A stretch of DNA of 63,724 bases, counting the filler, from Licmophora abbreviata (taxonomy: Eukaryota), in the NCBI GenBank assembly GCA_900291995.1. It is 12 parts of 12 records of this genome, joined end to end, with 100 filler letters (N's around TTAATTAATTAA, not from the genome) between each part and the next. Parts side by side here need not be neighbours in the genome. Positions count along the whole stretch, not along the records: positions 1 to 8,627 come from OLMU01000455.1; positions 8,728 to 14,570 come from OLMU01000458.1; 10 more parts are not named here. One strand, 5' to 3'. Position numbers and translations under genes: made by a program. Of this stretch, positions 1-10,345 are shown one piece after another. Position 1 is the first letter of the stretch. The number at the start of each line of letters is the position of its first letter. The notes below the pieces were generated by a model, which had not been told where the DNA came from, ran no database searches, and saw only the letters and a list, made by a program, of their open reading frames with translations.

Positions 1-179
1 TACGTCTAGCTATCTACAATCACTCTCCTTGAATAACGTCACCGATTCGGTGCGACGCATCGACTAGACTACGACAAGACAGGATACCGGTTTGCATACT
101 AGAGTATACATGGCGACGTTTACGTACGGTTACCTTCGCCCCGCCGTCCCTCGTACCACAACTAATTCTAACGCCGCTC

Positions 180-1332
180 TCAATTTAGAAACTTGGTTTG
201 ACTGACAAACCACATTGTGGCGAACTGCGAGGCTGCAAATCCCAAGACCATGACTTCTCGTTTCGGTCCTGTCGCTGCCGTGACGACAGGAATGTTGTTG
301 GCCATGGTCTTGAGCATGAAAAAGGATTGCGCCGACGCCGTGACCAAAAAGGTAATGTAATAGCCACGATGACCATAGTGCAGAAATCCCAAAAGTAGTC
401 CAACGAGCATGTTGACGCTCAATCCCAAATACTTGTATCCGGTATAACTAAACAAGTCCAAGAGTGCAATGGGAGCTTGCATCATGTAAAAGCCAAAGCG
501 AATGGCCAAGACCTCCAGTATCTGTGCTACGATGCATTTAGTGGTGACATCCGGCAGTACTTCTGGACTGAATTGCTGGGCTGTTCCATAGCACAAGGCA
601 CAAAGCAAGGCGTAGGTAATGAGAGACATAGAGGGCAGGTATAGGTCGGGCGCGTTTTCGTCCGAAAAGGGGAGAGAGTATTGTACTGCCGTCATGTCCT
701 GAGGCGTTGGATTGGAAGACTGCTGTGATGGTGATCAGAGGGCATGCAAAAGTGCGGGAGTCAGCGTAAGGTACGAAACAACAGCAACGCGTGCTTTTCT
801 TCCATATGACACATACCACTCGACGCCACTGTTTCGATAGAAATGGGAATAGGACCTTTTGCATTTTCCGCTTGACGTATCGATTGTCGACTGCAAAGTA
901 GGTACGCAAATGTCCCATGAAGCCTTGCATTCCAGGCATGACACGGGCCGTACCAGACTGCAGAAAGGTTTTACCAGCATTGCTCGCTAGATCCAGCATG
1001 GCGTCATTCGACAGTCCACCCGAAGAGGCCATGGTGCCCGCCACGTTCATCACGGTGGCGGCGGCTGCGGGATTCCAGAAATTTTGTTGCTGCGGTTGTT
1101 GCTGACTCGGCTGCTGCTGTTGCTGTGGTTGAGACTGCCACTGCTGTTGATTGCCACCACTGGACGACTGTTGCTGAGGTTGCTGAGGTTGCTGCTGTTG
1201 ATACTGTTGCGGAGGCTGTCCACCGCCGTAGGAACCGCCACTGCCGCCTGCATTGTTGTAGTACGAACCACCACCACCATTGGCTTGGCCGCCAGCTTGC
1301 TGCTGCTGCTGATATCCATAGTAATTTGACAT
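180..1332 (-). CDS. YIF1: YIF1/Hrf1 family ER-Golgi membrane protein (2 exons; intron ~723-816)
   Basis: Q/G-rich N-terminus, then YFAVDNRYVKRKMQKVLFPF. After a GTATGT..CAG intron come D-ENAPDLYLPSMSLITY and LDLFSYTGYKY, which are Yif1 motifs, plus several TM helices. Confidence 0.9.
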
Positions 1333-1716
1333 GGCAACAACGTATCAGGGAGAATCAAGCGAAGTGTTCAAGAATAAGCGACAACGAAGCGACGAGAAAG
1401 AATTCGACAAACTCGTCCTCAAGTTCGTTTGACCGGCATGGATGGTCATTGCCACAACACAAACACAGCGGCAGGCGGCATTCTCGTCTATTTCCGAGCT
1501 CCAAAAGTCGTCCTTCCGCGATACGCCAACATGGCGAGTCGAAGAAGTCGATTCAACGGTCTTTCCCGCGCAACACTTTTTTTGCATTACCACAAGGAAC
1601 AAAACCGCGTTGGACCATCATCTTTCGCGGATGGTGTGTGTTTGACAGCGTGTGGTCCTTGTGAGAGTCACTTTTGACTTGTTACGGCTTCAATTTGCTC
1701 CTTGAATAGAGTTGGC

Positions 1717-3313
1717 ATGGGCGCCAATGAAGGAAGTACGTCCAGTGATGTCGAATCACCGCACGGCGTTTGCGATTCGGAAGTGATGACGGAACAAATC
1801 GCACATGATGCTGACACGCCTCGGCAAGGCTCTTCCGTCCCTGCGACTATTTTCAATTTTACCAACTGCATCATTGGAGCTGGAGCGATCGGACTGGGTG
1901 GTGCCTTTGCCGCTTCGGGTGGACTCGTTTCGGTGGTGGCTCTTATTTCCTTCGGCCTATTGACTAAAATTTCGCTCGACATGATCATTTCGCTCTCGGT
2001 CGACACGGAAGGCGCCCATAATTCCTATGAAGAACTGGCCATGATTGCATACGGAAGAGTTGGGTGGACCAGTGTCATTCTTAGCAAGACACTTTACTCC
2101 TTTGGATGTCTCGTGGCGTATATCGTGGTTGTCAAGGACAATTTTGCCTCGGCCCTACTTCATCTATTCTTGGTCTCCGCGGAATCACCATCCAAATCGC
2201 AACTGACTCGATTGCTAGAACAGGACAATGTCGTGACCTTGTGTTTGAGTGTTTTTGTAATATTTCCTCTCTGCTTGCTGCGTGACATGTCATCTCTGTC
2301 CAACCTGTCCTTTGTCAGTGTCGTGTCCATGGTCTTTATCGTGGTGATTGTCCTCTATTTGTACCTTGTGAATCCTGGTGGAGATATTCGACAGCCGGGA
2401 GGAGGTGTGTACAGCGAGTGGCTGGAAGTGCGACCGGGGTTTGTGGAAAGGTACGAAAATAAATGTTTCGGGAGTACATGTGCGCAATCACCATCGACAC
2501 TATGTCCGACTCAATCATCAATGTACATCTTCGCCGTCCTACAGTCTCGGAACGTTTGTATTTACATTCGTATCGCAACATACGGTCCATCTTACCTATG
2601 AATCTCTTCACCCTGGTATCCGAACGGTTGCTACGTGGAAGAAGGTGTCGTTCTACTCTATACTCATTTCCACCACCGTCTCCTTGTCGATTGGCCTTGT
2701 CGTTTACATGACGTTCTGGGAACACACACGGAGTGATCTCTTTGAAATGTATCCGCCACTGCGCGCCATTGACATTTCAAAATTACTCTTGTGTCTTACC
2801 ATGCTCTTGACGTTTCCGTTGCCATTCTTTACCACTCGTGACATGATTGTCTTATGTCTCGTGAGTATGCTGAATCGGGGTGCGACGGACGATAGTGCTA
2901 CTGCCGGTACTGAACCTGATGAGTCGGCACGAGACGAACTCCAGGAGCCCCTGTTGACCGATGATGATGCAACGAATGGAGAAGAGACGTCCGATGCACC
3001 GGAACCTTCCTCACAATCAACATGGTTACTGCCAGACCACGAGCGACAGCTGAAACTCCCGTATCATGTTTCCATTACCTTTGTTCTGTGGAGTTTGACG
3101 ATCTTCTTGGCCATTATGGCTCCCTCTCTGGGAGATGTCTTGAATCTGGTGGGGTGCGCGACTGGCACCGTCATTGCCTTCATTCTGCCATCACTGTTCT
3201 CGTTCCGACTGCGAGGCTACTCCCACATGGCCGCACTTGTACTTGTCGTCGGTGGAGTAGTCGGCAGTCTTGGGACATATCAGAGCGTCGGAAAGTTAAT
3301 TGCCGATGTGTAG
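1717..3313 (+). CDS. Amino acid transporter, AAAP/SLC38 (Aa_trans) family, copy 1 (intron 2451-2544)
   Basis: IFNFTNCIIGAGAIGL motif and ~11 TM segments. Splicing GTACGA..CAG joins FVE-SLGTFVF, matching the neighbouring paralog. Confidence 0.9.
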
Positions 3314-3597
3314 GTTATAGAGATATTAGAGATTGCACAGTGCCGTGGCACGTCGAGGCACTATTAGCTGCTAGTAAATGAAACATGCGGGAAATCGCGT
3401 TCAAATCGAGCTAGATACGAGCTATCAAAGACGGTATCTTTAGGAGGAGATCGACAGATTCGGTTCGGGTTCGGATCAAAAATTCGGCCGGAGGAAGAAT
3501 AAGAAACATGAACCATGTTGCGTTGACTGCCGCCGATGCGTGACAAGTGAACCCCCGCACAAGACGAACTCACAATTTAACGTGATTACCCGACACA

Positions 3598-5140
3598 ATG
3601 TCACAACAAGAAGATGGAGACGTAGCAGGGGCGACCGAAACTACGGGACTCTTAGGGTCACTGAAGCCGAAGCTCGTGTTGTCGTTGAGGTCGGATATGT
3701 TCATTTCGGAACGAGAACACCAAAGCTACCGAGGCAAGTGATGATGGCACTTTCTGGTTAAATCAATGAGTTTTAATCGCCAATCTTACAGGTTTGATCC
3801 TGCTCTTCCCTTTAGAAAGCAAACCGGAGGGCTCCACGGTAAAAGGTGCCGTGTTCAATCTCACAAACTCGATTGTGAGCGCCGGCGCGATCGGCTTAGG
3901 TGGAGCTTTCGCCAACTCGGGAGGACTCGTTTCTGTGGCTGCAATGGTCGTTTTTGGGTTTCTTTCCAAGTACTCTTTTGATATGGTCATTAGTCTGGCT
4001 GTTGAGTCAGGGGGCTCTTACGAGCAGCTGGGAACGGTGGCATTTGGTCGTGTCGGTCACTTGGCGGTGCTGATTTCCAAGTTCATTTACTCGTTTGGGT
4101 GTTTGGTCGCGTACATGGTGATTGTGAAAGACAATTTCGCTCCAGCAGTCTATCACATGGTATATAGTGAAGATGTCTCTACAGAAAGTACATCGACAGT
4201 ACAGACCTTTCTCTCCAATCCGGGTGTGGTGACCTTTATCTTGAGCGCGGTGGTAGTCCTGCCCCTTTGTCTACTGCGACACATGACTCGGCTAGAAAAG
4301 GTATCAGCGGTCAAGATTGTCGCTGTGGTATTGATCCTTTTGATTGTAATCATCATGTACATGGTCAATCCCGGTGGTGACGTGCGGGTGCCGAGCGGTG
4401 GCGTCTACGAGGATTGGCTTCGAGTTCGAATCGGATTCTTTGAGAGTCTTGGAACCTTCGTCTTCGCGTTCGTCTCGCAACATACGGTTCACTTGACATA
4501 CAATTCGCTACGCCCAGATATCAAGACTGTGCAAACATGGGAAAAAGTATCGACTCTTACCATACTCTTGTCGGCAGCGCTGTCGCTTGCCTTGGGATTG
4601 TTTGTGTATCTTACGTTCTGGGATCAAACCCCAAGCGATGTGTTTGACTCGTACCCTGAGACGAAGCTCATCGATACTGCCAAGCTTCTGCTGTGTGTTG
4701 TCATGATGTTTACCTACCCTCTCCCGTTCTTTAGTTGTCGTGAAGGCGTTATTCTTTTCTTTGTGGATAGCGAGGTCGTCGTCGAAGAAGAAGATCCAGA
4801 ATGGAAGCCGATACCTCTGCATCCTTGGTGGCTGGTAGACGGCGAAGAAAACCAGCTGGTATATTCGTTGCACGTCATTTTGACGATATTGCTATGGGGT
4901 GTGACAACGTTTCTGGCAATTGTCGCCCCTTCACTGAGTGACGTGTTAGATCTGGTCGGCTGCTCTACTGGGACTTTGATTGCTTTCATTTTGCCTGGAC
5001 TGTTTTATCTCAAGTTAAAGGGATACTCGCACCTTGCCATGTCCTTCGTCGTTATTGGAAGCATTGCGGGAGTTGTTGGGTCATACTACAGCTTTGTGAA
5101 GCTCATCCAGGACGAAAAATCGACGTTGCATGTCCATTAA
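3598..5140 (+). CDS. Amino acid transporter, AAAP/SLC38 family, tandem copy 2 (probable first exon 3598-3733, GC-AG intron 3734-3815)
   Basis: VFNLTNSIVSAGAIGL motif and collinear similarity to copy 1 (e.g. SLGTFVFxFVSQHTVHLTY). The upstream ATG exon joins in frame via AG|GCAAGT. Confidence 0.88.
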
Positions 5141-5216
5141 TAGCGCGACTAAACAAGCAAAGTCACAGTTTTGAGTTCCTCTCCGCTGGGAGACTATAGA
5201 AAGTTGAATCTACTGT

Positions 5217-7067
5217 CTACGAGCTTCTAGAACCCCACGCAGGGTCGGCTATGGCAACGGCTGTGTCTTTGTCTGCCATCTGCCTAGCCTCGTCCCTCCC
5301 GATAAACGTGATTGAATCCTCGGCAGCTTTCTCCCCCTCTTCGCGAATTGCGCCCTTCGCGTCGGGTTGGTCCTCAAGATCGGGACCGGCGCTGAGAACC
5401 AAACCATCAAGAAGCTCGTCCAACTTGATCTGCTGGTCGTCTTCATCTTCATCGGCATCTTTTGCATTGGTATTGAGAGTGGCCTCGTCGTCCTCTTGCG
5501 AAACTTTCAAATCGGCCATCTTCGTAAGCACTTCACTCTTGTAGAGATTCATGTAAGCTCGCATATCGCGATCAGCTTCGACTTCTCGCATAAAGTCCTC
5601 TTCATCAATGTCATCTGCCTCAGCGTCCTTTTTGGTGCTACGTGCAGTCTTCATACTTTCCGCGACTTCGACATCCAAGCGCTGCAAGCGCCAAATCCTC
5701 GACTTGGCCGCATTGACGTCCCCAGTTGCGACGCCGCCGTATAGTTTTCGAATTACAATTACATCGGGAAGTTTATCGTTGCCACGCATCTCTTCGGCGC
5801 CATCGTCCACAAGTTGCGTTTCCGTCAGATCATAGCCAAGACAAACGTCGCCGGCCTTCATCAAGTATCCAAGATGAGAACGTTCCTCGAACTGCTCGTC
5901 GTTCACACCCAAATCGCTCTCTTTGGCCAATGTCACCGTGGCGAGACGGCTGCGCTGCTTACGTGTCGCAGAACGCTTGGATACGTTCCGCTCCAACACA
6001 ACCGGCTCCTTTCCAAGGACGACGTACCGAGTCAAGCGAGACCGCGCGGCTGTAATAATTGGACGAAGGGGGTCTCTCCAAAAGGCCTCCGGTGTCATGG
6101 ATGCCGTCTGACCCGACAAGGGATCAATGAGGTGGATGACATTCGAAATGTTCTTCACAAGGACTGTTCTCGAAATGTTACCCAGGTTTCGCGCCGTCCT
6201 TGCTGGTAGAAACAGGAGGTCGTCCTTACATAAAGGACATATCTCCACCAGATTTGTGTACTTGAAGTTGGAAATATTCGACTTGTCGTCAGTTCCAATC
6301 AGCTTCTTTGATGTTTTAACCTGAGAGCAGTAAGGCGAATATGTTAGTTTAAGAACCTCATATGAAAGAAAAAAAACTATCATCGACTGCGGACCAGAGC
6401 TTACCTTGATGGGCACAACGTTTTCCAGGAAGGAAATGAATCGTGCAGCCTTCCCCTTGTCAGGAAAGTAGAAATCCATTCCATCTCTAAACGTCTCGAT
6501 ACTTAGACATCCACGATGGGCCCCATGCTTGAGAATGAGTTGTTCCAAGTACAAAAAGGTGCGCTTGTGTCCCACCCGTTGTCGGACCTGGACCAAAGAT
6601 CTCCATGAGCCTTGACGAAATTCCGACTGGCACTCAATACATTGCTGATTTCGAACCACAAACTCAACATTAAAGGACTGTTGTAGTACCGTTCCTGCTT
6701 GTACCTCCTTCTGAACTGTAAGGCGAACTTTCAACCGCATCGAGTGCGGCTCTGTCCAGATCCAACTTGCATCAACAAGGCGCACCTTCTCTCCCGCATT
6801 GTTCTTGGATTTGAGTCCACTCACATTGCACAAGCAGAGCGACATCAGCTCTCGACTCTCCAGCTCGCAAGCGATCCATTTACCAGCTTCCTTGTGCCAA
6901 CGCTGACATCCCCGACACTGATGAAGCGTCGCTTCCGTGCTTATACCTCGGGTAACGTCGGAACGGCTGGCCAAGCACGACGGGCATGTATTGGATGGGT
7001 TTGGCGCTATTTGGACGCCGCACATGCAGCAGAGCACATTGATCAAGGTACCCCCGGTCATGGCCAT
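5217..7067 (-). CDS. NMD3: 60S ribosomal export adaptor NMD3 (intron 6321-6404)
   Basis: CCMCG..NPSNTCPSC, CRGC, WIWTEPHSMRLKV, QVRQRVGHKRTFLYLEQLILKH, VEICPLCKDDL and an acidic C-terminus. Confidence 0.95.
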   Translation of the reverse strand: MAMTGGTLINVLCCMCGVQIAPNPSNTCPSCLASRSDVTRGISTEATLHQCRGCQRWHKEAGKWIACELESRELMSLCLCNVSGLKSKNNAGEKVRLVDASWIWTEPHSMRLKVRLTVQKEVQAGTVLQQSFNVEFVVRNQQCIECQSEFRQGSWRSLVQVRQRVGHKRTFLYLEQLILKHGAHRGCLSIETFRDGMDFYFPDKGKAARFISFLENVVPIKVSSGPQSMIVFFLSYEVLKLTYSPYCSQVKTSKKLIGTDDKSNISNFKYTNLVEICPLCKDDLLFLPARTARNLGNISRTVLVKNISNVIHLIDPLSGQTASMTPEAFWRDPLRPIITAARSRLTRYVVLGKEPVVLERNVSKRSATRKQRSRLATVTLAKESDLGVNDEQFEERSHLGYLMKAGDVCLGYDLTETQLVDDGAEEMRGNDKLPDVIVIRKLYGGVATGDVNAAKSRIWRLQRLDVEVAESMKTARSTKKDAEADDIDEEDFMREVEADRDMRAYMNLYKSEVLTKMADLKVSQEDDEATLNTNAKDADEDEDDQQIKLDELLDGLVLSAGPDLEDQPDAKGAIREEGEKAAEDSITFIGRDEARQMADKDTAVAIADPAWGSRSS

Positions 7068-7438
7068 GGTAGAATAACAAGTTAGGGAGGTTGAAAGCTT
7101 CGGAAGGTCTACTCGTTCTCGGTTCTTCCTTTGAATACGAAACTGTGAGAGCATGTCAGATCAAAAAATACGCCGATGAATGCATAAAAGTGCTTCGAGA
7201 AATCGATGGCTGTCGGCGCCCTGAAAGCGGAGCGACGGCTGGACTCCCGTATGTCCGTGCGTCGCCCGAAATATGAGATACGATTCCAGCGTTTGGGGCA
7301 GCGCTCGTTCTGGTAGTCCTTGGTATCATAGAATTGGCAGATGGATATATTGTAACGACTGTGAGGGTCAAGGAAGAGGTTGGTATGTCGTTCCGAGTGT
7401 GAGTGGCGATCCGTTGGTGAGGAGTGATTCGAAGCGAA

Positions 7439-7450
7439 TTTCGCGCCAAA
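7439..7450 (+). promoter_or_regulatory. E2F-like element TTTCGCGCCAAA
   Basis: Exact double E2F consensus in the NMD3/formamidase divergent intergenic region. Confidence 0.4.
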
Positions 7451-7684
7451 CTCAAGCGTAGGTCTCAAGCCAACAAAAAGCTTTTACGTGCGACTTTGAA
7501 ACCATTGACGCTAGAAAAATACCGTCACGAAAAAACCCAAAATTCGAAACGATGACAAAACCTCCGTCGAGACGAAAGAAGATATACCACGAAGTTTGAA
7601 AGTGCCGGCAAGTATCTGTCCTGTGGCCTGAATGTGAAGCAAGACCATTGTGGTAGCCCCCATTTCTGATACACTGAGTGCATC

Positions 7685-8627
7685 ATGGTCAAAACGCTCT
7701 TGTCGGTTGATCCCAAGAAGTTGCCTTGGGAACAAGAAACGCCTCTTCATAACCGCTGGCATCCTGACATTCCTCCTGTCGCATCGGTATCGGAGGGAGA
7801 AGTATTTCGAGTGGAATGCGTCGATTGGACCGGTGGTCAAATCAAGAACGACGACAGCTCAGACGATGTTAAGAACGTGGACTTGTCGCAGGTTCACTAC
7901 CTGAGCGGTCCGATTGAGGTGGAGAATGCCGAGCCTGGGGATTTGCTCAAAGTGGAGTTCCTCAACCTCGGTACTCTGGACGGAGAAGAATGGGGCTTCA
8001 CAGGTTCGTTCGCCAAAGAAAACGGAGGAGGATTCCTCACGGATCACTTTCCAAAGGCGACCAAGGCGATCTGGGATATCGAAGGAATCTATTGTAGCAG
8101 TCGCCACATTCCGGGTGTCCGTTTCGCTGGGCTAATTCATCCTGGACTCATCGGAACGGCACCAAGCCCCGAGCTTTTAGCCATGTGGAACGAGCGCGAG
8201 AAAGCATTGTGCGACGAACTTGGAACCCCGGATGAAAAGACACTTTGCGGGTGCCTTCACACTCGTCCGCTAGCTTGTCTTCCAGAGTCCAAGGGTGCAA
8301 TGCTAGGCAAGCTTGGTCACTTCAAGGACAAGGCTGGGACTGACGAAGCCTGGGACAAGGCAGCTGCTGAAGCAGCTCGAACCGTTCCAGGACGTGAGGT
8401 GAGACCAAGAGATTGACTGTCGCTCAAGCCTTGTTCAGTCTCACTAAGTAGCAGTGGTAAATCTTGCTCTATTCCGCAGAACGGCGGAAACTGCGACATC
8501 AAGAACTTGTCGCGCGGCTGCACTGTCTACTTCCCAGTCTTCGTTCCAGGAGCCAATCTCTCGATGGGAGACATGCACTTCTCACAGGGTGATGGTGAGG
8601 TTTCATTCTGTGGAGCTATTGAAATGT
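7685..8627 (+). CDS. fmdA: Formamidase (FmdA/AmdA family), 3' end lost in gap; intron 8399-8479
   Basis: LHNRWHPDIP, ECVDWTGGQI, VHYLSGP, GGGFLTDHFP, HPGLIGTAPS, RTVPGRE|NGGNCDIKNL, GDMHFSQGDGE. Confidence 0.93.
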
Positions 8628-8727
8628 NNNNNNNNNNNNNNNNNNNNNNNNNNNNNNNNNNNNNNNNNNNNTTAATTAATTAANNNNNNNNNNNNNNNNN
8701 NNNNNNNNNNNNNNNNNNNNNNNNNNN
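8628..8727. other. Artificial contig spacer (N44-TTAATTAATTAA-N44); others at 14571, 20365, 26086, 29561, 39268, 48256, 54658, 56757, 59376 and 60864
   Basis: Identical 100-nt blocks containing a six-frame stop linker. Confidence 0.98.
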
Positions 8728-8765
8728 TTGCCTCCCATCCCATTTCTTGCTTGGCCAGGGACGCA

Positions 8766-9764
8766 TCAGCATAGCACGTGGAAATACTCCCCCGGGCGGC
8801 GATCACCCACCTTGTAGGCGACTTCATGTCCACACGCGTGACTCATGGCCTTGACCATGTCCAAGACACTGTAGCCCACACCGGTTCCTAGGTTGAAAGT
8901 AAAGGTCCCGACCGAGTGCTTGAGCATATATTGAATTGCCGACAAGTGTCCCTCCGCCAAATCCATAACGTGCAGATAGTCTCGCACCCCCGTTCCATCC
9001 GGAGTATCGTAGTCGTTACCAAAGACCGTCAAGAACTCGCGCCTTCCGACGGCGACTTGAGACACGTACGGCATGAGATTGTTGGGAGGTCCGTGAGGGT
9101 CTTCTCCGATCTTACCAGAGGGATGTGCTCCGACGGGGTTAAAGTAACGCAGAATGGTGATACTCCAGTCGTTCTCTGTGGTAGCAAGTTCCTTGCTGTT
9201 GTAGAAATCACGGAGAATCTCTTCAATCATTTGTTTCGTGCGTCCATAGGCGTTGGTAATTCCCACGCCAATGGTGGTCGTTTCCGTAATGGGCATGGTT
9301 TCCGCTGCTCCGTAGACAGTCGCACTGCTACTAAAGACAAGAGAATGACAGTCGAACTCATCCAGCAGCTTCAAGAGCACAAAGGTGCTGTTGAGATTGT
9401 TTTCGTAGTACGTGAGAGGGATACGCGTGCTTTCTCCTACGGCCTTGAGTCCCGCAAAGTGAATGCAGCACGTGAACTTGGGAGACTGTTCAAAGACAGC
9501 GCGTACGAGATGTTCCTTGCACACGTCCACGTCGTGAAAGACGAGTCGTTCCTTGCGTTCCGCCTCGGTGAGGTGGGTGATTTCCGACACTCGGTCCAGG
9601 GAGACGACGCTGCTGTTGACCAGATTGTCCATGACGACTACATTGTAGTTGTTTTCCAAAAGACAAACGATGGTGTGGGAACCAATGTAGCCGCAGCCAC
9701 CAGTCACGAGGACTGTGGGACGAGGAGTCGTGCCGTTGCCGTTCATCGTCGTCGTCGTCGTCAT
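8766..9764 (-). CDS. galE: UDP-glucose 4-epimerase; last exon probably lost in gap
   Basis: LVTGGCGYIGSH, IHFAGLKAVGES, FSSSATVYG, YGRTK, LRYFNPVGAH, PNNLMPY, DGTGVRDYLHV, RRPG. Confidence 0.95.
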   Translation of the reverse strand: MTTTTTMNGNGTTPRPTVLVTGGCGYIGSHTIVCLLENNYNVVVMDNLVNSSVVSLDRVSEITHLTEAERKERLVFHDVDVCKEHLVRAVFEQSPKFTCCIHFAGLKAVGESTRIPLTYYENNLNSTFVLLKLLDEFDCHSLVFSSSATVYGAAETMPITETTTIGVGITNAYGRTKQMIEEILRDFYNSKELATTENDWSITILRYFNPVGAHPSGKIGEDPHGPPNNLMPYVSQVAVGRREFLTVFGNDYDTPDGTGVRDYLHVMDLAEGHLSAIQYMLKHSVGTFTFNLGTGVGYSVLDMVKAMSHACGHEVAYKVGDRRPGEYFHVLC

Positions 9765-10090
9765 GGTGATGTGGTGTTGGGATGAAGGCGAAAAAAGTAC
9801 GGATGGCCCAATGCCACATGACCACCCTCGCACTGCGACTCACTCGACTCGACTTTAAATATATATGACAGATATCCATTTCGGAAGACACCAAATGAAC
9901 ATTGCTGCTCAACGGATATCGAGGTTCGGGCATTCGTAGAATCTTCACGCTCCGTCTTCAATTTTCGAGCTCTTGCCCAATGGCGGCAGCAGCGGTGACG
10001 GCGAATAATATTACACAACGCGGTGACCACGCTGGCTCTGCTCACCATCCTCCCATTGCTCCTCTTCTGCTGTCATAGTCGCCAAAGACC

Positions 10091-10312
10091 ATGGCGCAGC
10101 ATCATCATCATCAAACTCCAGGAATGGCTGGGTTTCTAGAAATGGAACAAGATCCCTCGCAGCAGCAACGACAACAAGAGGGTGACTTGCTGGGTCTTGG
10201 GCAGCATACACAAAATCATCCGGAAGAAGCCGCCATTCGGACCACGTCGGGTTTGCTCTTGACACATCGAAAGACACATGCGATGAGCAGCAGAACCACT
10301 AGAAGTGCTCCT

Positions 10313-10345
<33 letters not shown>

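Noticed and set aside
6321..6404. 28-aa hydrophobic insertion in the NMD3 ORF
   Set aside because: It is bounded by GTAAGC..CAG and removal restores VPIK-VKTSKK, so it is an ordinary 84-bp stop-free intron. The same applies to the 90-bp ABCB intron at 22341-22430.
8766..8795. GalE apparently ending at RRPGEYFHVLC, or using a non-canonical GG donor
   Set aside because: A normal GT donor (GA|GTATTT) would restore RRPGD, and the last exon probably lies in the adjacent gap.
8916..9785. Long antisense ORFs (also 11371-12264, 40154-41164, 43113-43805, 53141-53899, 56859-57767)
   Set aside because: They are shadows of well-supported genes on the other strand and show no recognisable motifs.
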